Shown here: piece by piece, positions 51,476-64,000 of the stretch | How positions within the stretch are numbered: position 1 is the first letter of the stretch | How the letters are laid out: each line of letters starts with the position of its first letter | Assembly: GCA_030141605.1 (NCBI GenBank) | Contig: JAQGDQ010002377.1 | Location: forward strand, 310,001-374,000 | Direction: 5' to 3' | Origin: Tubiluchus corallicola | Lineage: Eukaryota; Animalia; Priapulida | DNA: 64,000 nt | Made by a program: the position numbers and the translations under genes | The notes under the pieces: generated by a model | Database searches by the model: none | What the model was told of the DNA's origin: nothing | What the model saw: only the letters and a program-made list of their open reading frames with translations

Positions 51476-52144
51476 AACGTAACAATTACTTATTTATGTG
51501 CTGCATCTTTACCTGTAAGACATGTAAATAAATATAAATGAGTAAATAAAATACGTAAATAAATGTTGTCTTTGCTTTTGTCAGCTTAAATTTTTTACCC
51601 GAAGGTTAAAATATATGTCTTGGGAATTTTTTGCTCAAACAAAACGTTAATTTGTGATTAGCGTTTTGACCATGAACATAGAAATTATAGCAATTTTTTT
51701 CTTTTCTTTTATGCAAGACAGGAAATTTACTGCAATTTCTTTTGGCTATACAAGCAACGCGCAACGTATTGGCATTATACGTAGTTTTAATTGCAACAAC
51801 ATAAACTAAACGGTCCATTACGTTAAGGCTTAGGTTCCTGTGAAACCCTTGTGACCTTGTAAGCTTGGCAGCAGTAAAAGTTTTATTACTTAGTTTGCTA
51901 ATTTTAGATTTCCGGTATTCCGACAAGATAATAAGCTCGTAACTCGACGAGTGGCCTATATGTTACAGGTTTCTTAAAATTCCTATGCATTTCATATAAC
52001 TGATTAACTGGCTGACTGAAATACTATAGATTTTGAATGAAAGTGATTTACAAGTTATAGCCGGCACATCAGACCATAAGGCTTGTATACCTCTGTATAG
52101 CCTCTGTTTCTTTCTCCGTCCGCCCGTCCATCTACCTTTTTAGC

Positions 52145-52385
52145 TATCTGTCTCTCTGTCTGTCATTTGTTTGTTTGTCTGTTTGCCTGTCTGTCTGTCT
52201 GCCTGCCTGCCTGTCTCTCTGTCTGTCTGTCTGCCTGCCTGCCTGTCTCTCTGTCTGTCCGTCTGTCTGTCTGTCCGTCCGTCCGTCCGTCCGTCCGTCC
52301 GTCCATCCATCCATCCATCCATCAATCCATCTATTTATCTATCTATCTATCTATCCATCTATCTATCCAACCGACCTACCAACAA
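52145..52385. repeat. Compound tetranucleotide microsatellite (GTTT/GTCT/GCCT/GTCC/ATCC/ATCT)
   Basis: Directly visible; it explains the overlapping low-complexity ORFs. Confidence 0.95.
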
Positions 52386-52989
52386 ATCGAATTTAAATTC
52401 GCACATCCCCTAAAATAAAATTGCCATTATACAAAATGTCTAGGAACAGTACACTACGAATCCAAGAATTACACATTATGCCCGGACACACATTAGCGTT
52501 ATATATATTATGCCTATGAAAAGTGTAGAAGGAACTAAGTTAGACACTTTACCTGGTTTGTTTTGACTTTCCATTAAATGCCTAGGCATTGTATAGAATA
52601 CCCGGTTTCACACTGCCTGTAAAATATACACAGTACAGCCACTCGAAGGCGTTGGACAAGCGCTCAGACGCTCAGGCAGATAACATACCAAATTGCACAC
52701 AAAATCGTCAGTGACATTATTATCACTTAAATTAGGCACTTTTTCCCAATAATTATAAATGACTAGTTAATTTTTACATCTTTTCACACTGAACGTCAAG
52801 GTGTACTAAATGTTGACCGTTGCGGCGGGACCGGAATTTACATACATCAAGGATAATCCTCTTGAATGACACACTGGACCGACAGAAATGTCTTTGCCAC
52901 GTTGGATATGCCAAGGACATACGCATACATCCTCCCTCAATGACAGAAATCCCGAGAAGCCGTGTTACAGACGAAACTGACTAAAAGAA

Positions 52990-53050
52990 GTATTCCCGGG
53001 TGGCTGCCCATCCATTTACTAATCAGATTGCATCGCTTAACTTCTGTTGC
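52990..53050 (-). other. 5S rRNA-derived segment (SINE3-like head or 5S pseudogene fragment)
   Basis: Minus strand AGAAGTTAAGC...CTGATTAGTAAATGGATGGGCAGCCACCCGGGAATAC parallels 5S box A, the intermediate element, box C and TGGGAATAC. The 5' half of 5S is not recognisable. Confidence 0.6.
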
Positions 53051-53899
53051 TAACCTGGTAGCCTAACCATAAACACCGGCTTCTTCCGAACGTTAAAAAA
53101 TCTGGGTAAATAACGTACAAAGATAGAAACGTTCTTTAAGTGTTCCATGGTCATAATTTAAATAACTTCTTGGCAACACGTCTTTGCCGAATAAATACGC
53201 ACAGGATTGTAAAAATGACAATAAATTGAAAAGGTCACATTCTGCATCATTAACGCCAAGACGAGCGGACGCTGACGCATAATAAGTTTTCCAATAAAGC
53301 TTTTACGACTTTTCTGCGTTATCTGTTAAACCTCATCAAAGAACTCGTTAATTATTCATTAATTACTGCGGATATAAAACTAAGCACAAATTAGAGGCCT
53401 GTTAGAGTGAAGAAAAGACCACTGCGGCCGTCACCTTCAAGCAAATTTTGTCTTTTAGGGGAAATTGTGTTAGGAAATATCTCGATATGAAGCACAATAA
53501 ATAGCAACTGAAATGAGCTGGCGCTTGTCATTGGCGCTTATAGCGATTGCTCAGTTTTTAAATGCCATCACATTGTGCATAATGGCACTATGCTATAGTA
53601 CAGTCCTTAGGCCTAATCAGCGCCGTCTATAAATGTGAATGCTGAACTGTCAGAAGCTTATGTACCTTTAAATTTGGTGGTTTGTTTAACTCAGCAAATG
53701 CGTCTTTGGTATCTGTACGATTAAGGCTAGCAGTATTTCAAAAATTAAGCTGAAAAGTACTTTTTGTAACTGCGTAGTTTGAGTTAGACTTACACGCGTT
53801 GTGTTAGCCTATTAATCTGTGAAAATGAAATGTTCTGATTGGATTGCAAGTGGCAACTTAATATTATTGCGTAATATTAGCTAATATTACTTTGAATAA

Positions 53900-54150
53900 T
53901 ACGTTGATCAAAACAAGACGGTACGTCAAAGTCCGTATATATGAACATTTAGGCCTTTCCGTACACACTAAGTGACCGCTGAGCAAACCATCTTACTCTC
54001 CCGTGTATGAACAAAGACAAATGACAGATCATCTCACAGCGTTACAAAATTTTACTGTTATAAGTTTTGCTCGAACTGTTTCACAATTTTAAGCAATATC
54101 TAAATAATCAACAATCCAACGTACCTTTAGGCCTACACCTACTTGCTTAA
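53900..54150 (+). mobile_element. Penelope-like GIY-YIG endonuclease remnant
   Basis: Frameshifted YVDQ.TRRYVKVRIYEHLGLS...PLSKPSYS...DH...NFTVI. Confidence 0.55.
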
Positions 54151-54830
54151 ATGACTTCGGGGTGTTCACTAAAAATTATTATCGATGAATATATTTAACT
54201 ACTAGGCTCTGAGTGTTTTTCAAATTTTTTCACTCATTAGATGTCTATCAGAAAATGAAAGAAAGCTCACCATGTTCCTATAGGTGCATTATTATGTTAG
54301 ACTTTTGATAAATCTGGGATTTTTGCAGGATGTGTCTATTGCAAATATCGTTACCCATTACAATTTAGAGAAAAGGTGTTATTTATTTGACATCCATTCA
54401 ACTCTAGTAGGGCGCATTTTTCAACTCAAATCTGCCGTGAAAGCTGGTAAGCTTCTTGATGTGACAACGACGGAATGGCAGTCGAACGACTTAAACCACT
54501 TATTTGAAAAAACAATATTAGTTGTTTTGTAGCAACGAATGTTCATATTGCGCAAAAAGCAGGAAAAGTTAATTTAAGTTTTTGTCGTTTCAAGCCAGTT
54601 GAATGACTTTAGTTAATCGTGTATCAACGCCTATATCATTGGAATCCTCCCAACAATTTACGAAATTACAGCTGCACGGACGGTTTCTAAAGGTGTCGTT
54701 CATGCTTTATCATTTTACGATAAGCTACAAACATAAGGACATTTGATAATAATTTAAAAAAAAACAGAGTAACGTGACCACTAACCTGTCGCAGTTGTTA
54801 TTAAGTAAAACTAACGAGTCTTAATCCAAC

Positions 54831-57052
54831 GTTTAAAAACGTTATTGACGTGTTAATCAGCGACACTCAAAAAGGTTTGTTAAAGGGTCGATACATAGCT
54901 GAAAACACAAGACTATTGTACGACATTACTTTACGCAGAAAAAGTGGCATTCCTGGAATTTTGTTATTAATTGATTTTGAAAAGGCATTTGACACCATAG
55001 AGTGAAAATTCATAGACAAAATATTAAACTTTTTAAATTTTGGTGATAATTTTCAAAAATGGATCAGAATTTGTTATAATAATATTGAAAGCTGTGTGCT
55101 TAATAATGGATCATACAGTAGCTTCTTCAAATTGCATCGGGGAAATAGGCAGGGGGACCCTGTCTCGCCATACATTTTCATATTGTGCGTGGAGTTTTTA
55201 GCTTTTGAAATATGTAAAGATGTTAAGAGTATTGTTGAAAATAACAACGAAATAGTCTTAAGCCAATATGCGGATGATACCACAGTTATTCTCATCTGCT
55301 TCACTATTTGCAGCCCATCGTATAGTAAATAATTTTGGTAAATTTTCTGGGTTAAAAATGAATTCTAATAAAACAAAGGCAATTTGGTTCGGTGCCTTAA
55401 GGGGTTCCCAAGCACGCATTTGTAAAAATTTACAGTTGGACTGGACGAATGATATCTTTACAGTTTTGGGAATAAAATTTGATCTGCATAATTTGGAGAA
55501 GATTTTTGATCTGAATTTGAAAGATAAACTTGTTGAAATTCGAAATCTTATAAAAGTTTGGTCCTGGCAATGACTTACGATCTGTGGGCGGATAGCTGTT
55601 TTTAAATCGTTAATATTGTTAAAAATAGTCCATTTGTTACCATCCCTCCCCATTGTGAATTATGAAAAATTTAAACCTATTGAGAAATTAGCATATAAGT
55701 TTGTATGGGGTGGTAAACGAGATAAAGTTAAATAAAAACACTTATGTCCGAAATTTCAGAAGGTGGAGCAAATATGGTGGATTTGGAATCGCTTGCCGAA
55801 TCCTTGAAATCTAAGTGGACTCAAAGGCTAATGACAACAGATGGAACTTGGCAAGAGATAACAAAAAAATTCTTAGAAAAACTGGGTAGAATCCCATTTT
55901 GGAAAATGGAAAAAACTTTCCTAGTAAAGAAGAGTGTAACGTTTGGAAACCCCTTCTGGCAAGATGTAATTATATGCTGGTGTGAAGTATTAAGAAATCC
56001 GATAACTCAAACGGATTATTTAAAACAGACATTATGGTATAATAATAATATAAAGACAAACGTTACTCCTGCGTTCTGTACAACATGTATTGAAAATAAT
56101 GTATTATACGTTAAGGATTTAATGAATGATAATGGAACCGTAATGCCACGTGATCAGTTCATTAGTAAATTTGAAATTGAAGTTGATTTTCTTGAATATT
56201 ACAGTCTTGTCAGTGCAATTCCAAATAGATGGTGCAATGATATTCGAAATGCGGGTGTTAAACAGTGTAGAGCCGAGACTGAAAATCGCGGAACTGAAAA
56301 ACTTGTATCACAAGGCGACTTTAAAACATCGATTGTGTATAAAAAGTTATTATCTCAAAAAAGTCTTCCGCCAATTTCTGAACTGAAATGGTAGGGAAAA
56401 TTCATAAATTATAATATAAATTGGAAAAACGCATATCTGCTTGGTTTCAAATGTACAAAAGATCCTAATAGACGCAATTGCCAGTTTAGTGTTCTGCACA
56501 GAATACTAACCACAAAATCAATAAGGTTGATTCTGACACTTCTAATTTTTGCAATTCGGAAACAGAAACCATATTACATATTCTGTGGGATTGTAATAAA
56601 GTAAAACTCATATGGGAACATTTCAAACAATGGTGGGTGCAAAGTACAAGTAATGCATAAGAAATTGATAAGTCAATTGTAGTTGTTTAAATAAGACCAT
56701 TTTAATAGTAAAATATTATATTTGGTGTACTCGAAGCAAATTACGAATACTGAATTTTAATCATGCAGTGAGCTGTATTAAGTATATGTATAAGGCGGAG
56801 AAATATGTAGGTGCCTATCTTGGGATGCTAGAAAAAGTTGAAGCTAGTTGGTTATCTTTGAAACATATATTCTAATGATTTACTGAACAACCAAAATTGC
56901 CAGATTGTAGTCAATGCATATTTACTGATTGCAACTAATTGCATTCATTGACAGTCAATTAGTGTTTACATTTGTTTAATGTTAATTTAAACGTCTTAGT
57001 TTTTTGTAATTTGTAAAGTATGTTTTGTATTAAATAAAATGTTAAATAAAAA
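54831..57052 (+). mobile_element. 5'-truncated L1/Tx1-clade LINE with a degenerate ORF2 reverse transcriptase
   Basis: GRYIAENTR, LIDFEKAFD, RGNRQGDPVSPYIF, SQYADDT, NPFWQDV, LWYN and a C-terminal FC...ETILHILWDC motif, with stops and frameshifts. Ends in AATAAA and an A-rich run, with flanking direct repeats. Confidence 0.92.
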
Positions 57053-57339
57053 AAGTAAAATTAACAGAGACTTTTAAGCCAACATTCTCAGCAAACTTAT
57101 AAGTTGATTTGCATGACACGATTTTAATGCAAGAGCTTACTCAACAATAAAGAAGCAAATATGTCAAACTCATACTGCACCTTGTAATGTGACACCAGTA
57201 GGCCTAATTAGTGCATTATACGCCGTGCAGCGAAATGTCACTGCCCAAATGATCTCATTAAAGCAAATCTTTTGATGCGCGCATTGTTATTTTCTTAAGA
57301 TGCTGTAGCGTCTTAATGATGATACAGAGATACGATTTC

Positions 57340-57860
57340 AGTGTTCCAGTCGAGGTTCGAGCCCCGCAGGCTTCAATCCCAGGACACATAAGACCTACCC
57401 TCTATGTTATGTAATATGTGTTACGTGAACTTAACCTGTATTGTTGTAAGTGCAGCAGCCATTATTGCTAATGTTGTATATTAAGTGAATGGCGATAAAC
57501 GCTCTTTACATTTATCTTACACTTTAACTTACAATGTGAAAATTGTAACTGTATTGTAAGTATAACTATAAAAAGTTGCAAAAATTATTTTATTTTTATT
57601 GCAGAGTATGGTAAATTTATGAACAGAACATAGCGAGGACTTATTGAAACGTACTGTAGTCAAAGATTATGAACAATTGAACATACATGTGATGTATTTT
57701 TACGTCACTGATTTTAACAGACAACATATGCACTAATGGCTGTCACACTTACAACAATTATACAGGTTAAGATGACATAACACAAATGATGTAACATAGA
57801 GAGTAAGCCCTATGTATACTGGCACTGAACCTGCGGATCAAGAGCCTGGACTGTAACACT
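57340..57860. mobile_element. Foldback/MITE-like element with ~145-bp inverted arms
   Basis: 57340-57483 is a diverged reverse complement of 57713-57860. Confidence 0.75.
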
Positions 57861-58028
57861 AAGCATGTTTGCAATCTGCAGCTCAGCTCACCCGGCCACA
57901 GAACACAGGACAAAAGTAAATATTTAAAACATCTAAAGTCTAATATTTTAAACTAAAAATGTTTTTATAGCATCCGAAAACATGTGTCAATCTACACTGA
58001 CTCATTGAAGTTCATTGAAGTTTGAATT

Positions 58029-58841
58029 GCTGTGTTCTTTGCATTACCTCTTTGCTGTGCGAGTATTTTCACAAGAATTATAAGCTGCTATGTTGTCTGC
58101 AATGCCCGTTTGCTCAGCAAGTACTTTCCTATGCACCTGAGCTCTTTATCGGACACATTTATTAGCTAGCCCAACAAAGTTTAAAATGATAAACACAATC
58201 CAGATGAAATTCTGAAAATGAAATACGGTTTTCTGTTGTACTGTTTTCATTACCTCATTGCTTTCCAAGTACTTTTACAAGAATTATAAACTGCTATGCT
58301 CTTTGCAATACCCGTTTGCTCTGCCAGTACTTTCATAATAAGTTGCTGTGCTTTTTGCATTACTTCTTTGCTTTGCAAGCAGTTTCATAATGAATACACG
58401 CTGCTTTGCTATTTGCGTTACCTGTTTGCTCTACGAGTACTTTCGTAACGAGTACAAGTTGTTGTGCTCTTTGCTTTACCTTTTTGCTATGCAAGTACCT
58501 TCACAGTGATTACAAGCTGCTGTCCCCTTTGATTTACAAGTACTTTCATGATGAATACAAGCTGCTGCGCTCGTTGTAATACCCGTTTACTCTACAAATA
58601 CTTTCAGAATGAGTACAAGGTGCTGTGCTCTTTGTATTACTTCTTTGCTCTGTAAGTACTTTCACCAAAATTACAAACTGCTGTGCTCTTTGCATCACCT
58701 CTTTGTTCTGCAAGTATTTTCACGATAAGTACAAGCTGCTATACCCTTTGCAATATCCGTTTGCCCTACAAACACTTTCATAAGTTTATATACGACTGTG
58801 CACTTTCCATGGCCTCTTTGCTCTGCAAGCACTTTCACAAG
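58029..58841. repeat. ~58-bp minisatellite, about 12 diverged units, interrupted at ~58135-58235
   Basis: Consensus GCTGTGCTCTTTGCATTACCTCTTTGCTCTGCAAGTACTTTCACAAGAATTACAAGCT; period 58 at 58345/58403/58461. Confidence 0.88.
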
Positions 58842-58888
58842 AAATGCAGATTAAATTTCTGAGATACAGAGTCCAGCTTTTTCCACGT

Positions 58889-60457
58889 TGTTATGATATA
58901 TATAAATCGTATCTATTTAATCCTGGTCGCAAGTGCCAGTTATGATCTATAAATCTTATGATCCTTTTTATACTGATCTAATACACCAGTTATCTCTTAT
59001 TAATTATTATATCTTGTGATCGTATAGCATTCACTTGATTTATATATCCATTTAAAATTGATTTGAAATTGATTCGCTTCCTATCTTAATTAATCGCCAC
59101 AAGGTGATTTAACACCTGGCTCCTAGGGCTTAAGATTAGTCTATCGGGCGATAATCTAGTCCCTCTAGACTGACTCTACGACTTCGCACTGTGAGAAAAG
59201 TCTTTATCCCAAAAGCTTTCTAGCTTAGCTCCCGCAATTGAGCTTTATTAAATTAATTAATGATTAATACAATGCGAATCTACAGGTTCGTTATCGAATC
59301 TAGTGTTGCTTAACTTTAAACACCTATAAGCATACATGAACTCGTAATTTAAGTCAAAGTGAATACTTTTATTGGTTTACAACAATTACTCTTAGCTAGA
59401 TATTTGTACACGATTTGGTCTTAGACGCTGGTCGGCATTCACAAATAATGTTTTAGCTCCAAGAGATACACGAATAATTCACTTATCAATTTTCCGTGCG
59501 TTGCACTTAAGGTGCTAAATACAATGTGAAGTATACACTTTACAATCAAACCGTATGCTACACTTAAGGTGTCTACTACAATGTGAACTACTACTATGCA
59601 GAGTTACTCTCAAGTTACAAATGCGTTAAGATTACTTAACTCGGTGGAATGGCCAATGCAACTCCCGTACACAAATCCAATGCTTCTGTAAGACTATTCG
59701 TAGATCCAGTGCTCAGATTAGCTGAGGACGTAGAACGATGGTCCACGCTGGTTCGAAACGAAGTCTATACACTTGTCAGATTTCCTGTCGCCTCTCTCTG
59801 GCTCCTCTCTCCCTGATGTTGCTCTCTGCTCGCACCCAACTAACTAACCACCACGTGTCTTCAAACACGGGCTTATAACTCCAAGTTCCGCTTTGCGTAA
59901 TGTCGCGCTGAAACGCAATATGGTGCAATAGGTTAAAGGTGACATCCTTGGCTTTACCCTGCCAAGAAGTTTATGACCATCCAGGTGGTTCAAGAATTCT
60001 TTCTCCTCCGTGGGAAGTTAGCTGCACGCCAGGTCTGTCTTTCAGAACTCCTTGCTCCCAAAGTTTCATCGCAAGCTTGGCGTCGGCCATAAAGCTTTCT
60101 TTCCAAAGAAGTTTTGCTTCTCGCGACTTCTTAATAATTATATATTCTTAAGAATTACGTGTAACTCTGCATATGTTATATAGAGCGTTTATCTACGCTT
60201 GCATAAGGTTATAAACAAGATTACGCTTTCTCTTAATGAACACCTGTTTACCTTCAGTAAACGCAAAAACACACCTGTGAAAATAATTTGCTTCGCATTA
60301 AATCTCGTGCCTTGCCAGCTGAGTGAGTTCATATAATCAATCAATAAATTTATCTTATCAAATCAAAGAGGTATCCGTTTTATCAACTGAATCTAATTCA
60401 GTAGATAATTCTATTAATTAATCACCAAATTACCGATTCATAAATTTATTCATAACA
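58889..60457. mobile_element. Probable solo LTR (or TIR element), 1.57 kb
   Basis: TGTTATGA...TCATAACA termini, no long ORF, and a CpG-richer interior. No clean target-site duplication. Confidence 0.45.
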
Positions 60458-61147
60458 TTGTACTTTATCGTACTGGGCATACCGTGGTGCATATCTAATA
60501 AGCTCGTCTCTGAGAAATGATCAATGGAACTTCAAGCTATTCTTGAGTACTCCAGAAGCGGGACATTAACGGAAGTTAATCAAAACTTAAGTATACTTGT
60601 GGCATTCTCGATGCAACCACATGCTGTTACATTCGCAGAATATAAATTTCATTGAGATGAAGCACATGCTGTTACATACGTGAACGTGAATTTTATCGAG
60701 ATACTATATAACGCTAATGAGAGATGGTTTTCAATAATAAATTCAATAAAGACTACGCATTATGATAATTTTACAGGTGCCCAGATCCTCAGATAATTTC
60801 TTAAACAAGGCGGAAGACCCTTGGTCTAATGATAAAGGTACTAGAAAGGTTTAAGAAATAAAACATAAACAAAAATTGTATTAATGACTCTAACCTGTTC
60901 ACTTAGCAAGTTACCATGGCAGAGAAGCCATGGGAGCTCATTGATTTTTCTTTTCTTTTATTCTTTTAAAGTCATAATCATGGTTCAATACTGCTAGAAC
61001 ATATGTATGGAAGAATTTCTGTGAAAAACATAGGGGGTCTAGATGCTGATATACATAATGTAATAAAATCATTGCAATGTGCGAACGAGTGAAATTCGAA
61101 AAGCAGAGTACTGATTAGAGAAGCACGCAAAATCATTGCCTCCCCAG

Positions 61148-61506
61148 CAGAGCCATGTTATGATCTTTTGGGATCCCTAGTATAATAAAATTATGGGGCC
61201 CCTCGACAGAGCTACCTTCTAATTCGCACGATGATAAAGAAACATGGACCGAGGCCCACGATTTACTGCTAGGACCCAAAACTAGGGCCCCCTATGTCAA
61301 ATAACGCGCCACAATAACAGGCCACACCATTCTTTTAAAATTGGGTTTTTAGACTCCTAGGCCTCCCTTTTTAATTCAGCAATACAAATAATTGAAATAT
61401 TATACTCATTTTACGAAAAAGTTAATTTGAAGATTTTTAGAAGAGCACTTCAAGCCTGAGGGTTCTAGGCAGCAACCTATACTAGCCTTCAGAGTAATAT
61501 GGCCTG
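61148..61506 (+). mobile_element. ~360-bp MITE, diverged copy 3
   Basis: Both ends match the 40206/43439 family (TTATGATCTTTTGGGATCCCTAG; CTAGGCAGCAACCTATACTAGCC). Confidence 0.6.
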
Positions 61507-62022
61507 CATTATAGAAGCACCCTTCCATGAAAAATGCCAACAAGCAGAGAATCAGAAGTGTCACTAATGAATGATTGACTCATAAACGTACAAAATAGAC
61601 TTTAGCACATGTTGCATTGTTGCTCGCACATAAATAAAAAAATCCGCTCATCAAAAACAGAAGGTATGTATCAATTGATGTTCGTCTTCAGTTTAGAGAG
61701 AGTCAATCACTTATCTTCGACGATGTCGGGAAAATGAGATCAATACTTTTCTGACAGCACACAATCTAGAAGCAATGATGGAACTGAGTTAGATTTTAAT
61801 AGCAAGTTTTATTTAAATGCGAAATGCGCTTCCGTTAAATCTGTTCACTTAAATGTGCAGTTAAATTAGATGACTGTCGTAAAACCCAGTTGAAAAACGT
61901 TAGAAGATGCCCAAGGTTTTTTTCGTGGTATTGTGTACAGTAAATATCAGTAACCAAAGTCAAGCCATGCCTGGGGGTTGGCCCGTAGTTGCCTTGGTGG
62001 CTACCTAGTTCACTATTCACTG

Positions 62023-62037
62023 TAATAGTAGTAGTAT

Positions 62038-62073
<36 letters not shown>

Positions 62074-62209
62074 TGGTAGTGGTAGTGGTGGTGGTGGTGG
62101 TGGTGGTGGTGGTGGTGGTGGTGGTGGTAGTGGTAGTGGTAGTGGTAGCGGTAGCGGTAGCAGTAGCAGTAGCAGTAGCAGTAGCAGTAGCAGTAGCAGT
62201 AGCAGTAGC

Positions 62210-62277
<68 letters not shown>

Positions 62278-62355
62278 CAGTAGCAGCAGTAGTAGCAGTA
62301 GCAGCAGCAGTAGTAGTAGTAGTAGTATTAATAGTAGCAGCCTTAGCAGCAGCAG
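62023..62355. repeat. Long compound trinucleotide microsatellite (GTA/GTG/GCA)
   Basis: Directly visible; it explains the poly-T/V/L ORFs. Confidence 0.95.
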
Positions 62356-64000
62356 AGATAAACAAGATTCTGGTTCTGCCATTAAGTATCCCTGTCACCG
62401 AGTGCTTGAATCCAGCTTGCAGAATGCTGAACTGTAAAACATGTCCGGAATGCGAAGGGTTGTGTTGCCTGCTTACCACATACGTGCACGTATGCACTAA
62501 TGTACATTTTGCTTGCACTTATTTGTAAAATGTACAAATTCTAATGACATGGTATGTGTTAAATGATATTTCATTTAATACTTCTGCAATAGCTCTCCAT
62601 TGTGACTTCACAATATTAAAAAACCTCTTCACACTACCCACATCAAACGGTACCACCCACGCCAGTCTGTTGATGCGCTATCCGAACATCAATAGTGCAC
62701 GAACGTCCTGTATACAGGTAGTCTTTGCTTACTGCTTGCAAAATGATGGTAATAACCATAACAGATGGACGTTTATAGTTGTCGTAGAACCATTTTTTGT
62801 TAAACTTTAAAACGCATTGTTTACCGCAAAATGAGTAAATGACAAACTTTTGTATTACACGAAGTAAAACCAGGCCGGCATCACAGCAAAATGAACGGCT
62901 TCATAGAGTTAATCACAAGCGAGTAACTTAAACATCTAAATCCTGCAGTTACTTAACTAAAGGAAATTAAAATCTACATTAAACATATTGTATTAGTCAT
63001 TGTTGTTGCGAATGCCGAGTTTCTCTGATGCACGCTTTCAAAAATGAGGCGCAATTATGCATTTGTTATAAAACATATACATAGAATAGGAGAAGCCACG
63101 CAGGCACATGGCGCTTACGTATTGTAATTTAATTAAACCATGTTCTATTACAATTAAAAATGCATTTATTTAACAGTCCACTATAATTCTGTTGGGCACC
63201 CTGTGTCAATCCTCAGAATCTTTGAAAATCATTTAAATGCGTTTTTGCATTTTTACGTTAGCAGCTTATTTACATTTAGACTTACTTATTACTCAAAAAT
63301 TACTTATTTCTTCAAAATACCCTGAGTTCAGGCATTCTGGAAATATTTAGAAGTTGTCGAAGACACGGTAGACTCAATAGAGCTGGCATCCTATTATACA
63401 CTGACTATGACACAAAATGAATAGAAAGAAATCCAGGAGAAGAACCAACAAGCCATGAAAAGGCATGTAATTCCCCATAAAATCTGCTCCAAACAGAGTC
63501 TTGAACTGAAACAAACCTGTATATGTAAGCTTTGAAACTTGAAAGGTGGTAGATACCATCTTTTAGCATGTACATCAAACGCCATTTTCCTATGCCAATG
63601 GACATATAACTCAATTATTACTGTTATGCTTGTTAATCAGAGTAAAAAATTCCCTTTATTGTATGCTTGTTAAGCTATTTTAGCTTAATATTTGTAATTT
63701 TATGACTAGTGTGTTTTAAATTGCCATACCTGGTGTAATAAAATATATGAATTAAAAAAAAATCATTTATTATTGAGAACTTTACTAAACAGTGAAAAGG
63801 ATGTAACGTAACAAGCGCGGAATGATCAATGAGCATAGTGGACGTTTTAATTAAATTACTTCATACTGCTGTTTCCAATGCTATGGTATTAGTCGTATAG
63901 AAGTGGAAAAGATTTCTAATTACAAACAGACTTTCTCTTCCCCTTTCATATAACCGCCAAATGAAAGGGTAGCCTACAACATGATAGAGCAGCTAATCGC

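Noticed and set aside
52140-52418. Four overlapping ORFs
   Set aside because: Tetranucleotide repeat artefacts.
61835-62528. Long ORFs (227, 179, 121 aa), including a mucin-like poly-Thr
   Set aside because: They are products of the trinucleotide microsatellite; the flanks have no recognisable domain.

Overview
AT-rich, intron-containing animal DNA. The repeat types suggest a lophotrochozoan invertebrate, but that is an inference. Exons were assembled by hand from GT-AG boundaries and phase continuity. Left to right the window holds: (1) the 3' half of DNTTIP1 (+, 3352-11982); (2) two signal-peptide LRR genes and a decayed LRR C-terminal cap (LRRCT) exon on the opposite strand, nested in DNTTIP1 introns; (3) a complete 14-exon MKS1 (-, 14626-27950); (4) a LITAF-domain gene (+, 28264-31238) head-to-head with MKS1; (5) RERG (-, 35676-49132); (6) a gene-poor, repeat-rich right end with an L1/Tx1-like LINE, Penelope/CR1/RTE remnants, MITEs, a 5S-derived element, a probable solo LTR, and mini- and microsatellites. 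The most interesting signal is the nested LRR locus. One large LRR exon can splice to either of two tandem, diverged LRRCT exons. One exon gives a soluble protein; the other adds a Thr/Glu/Pro stalk and a GPI-signal-like tail, a VLR-like architecture. A third, dead copy of the cassette lies upstream. All homology calls are by recognition from memory; no search was run.
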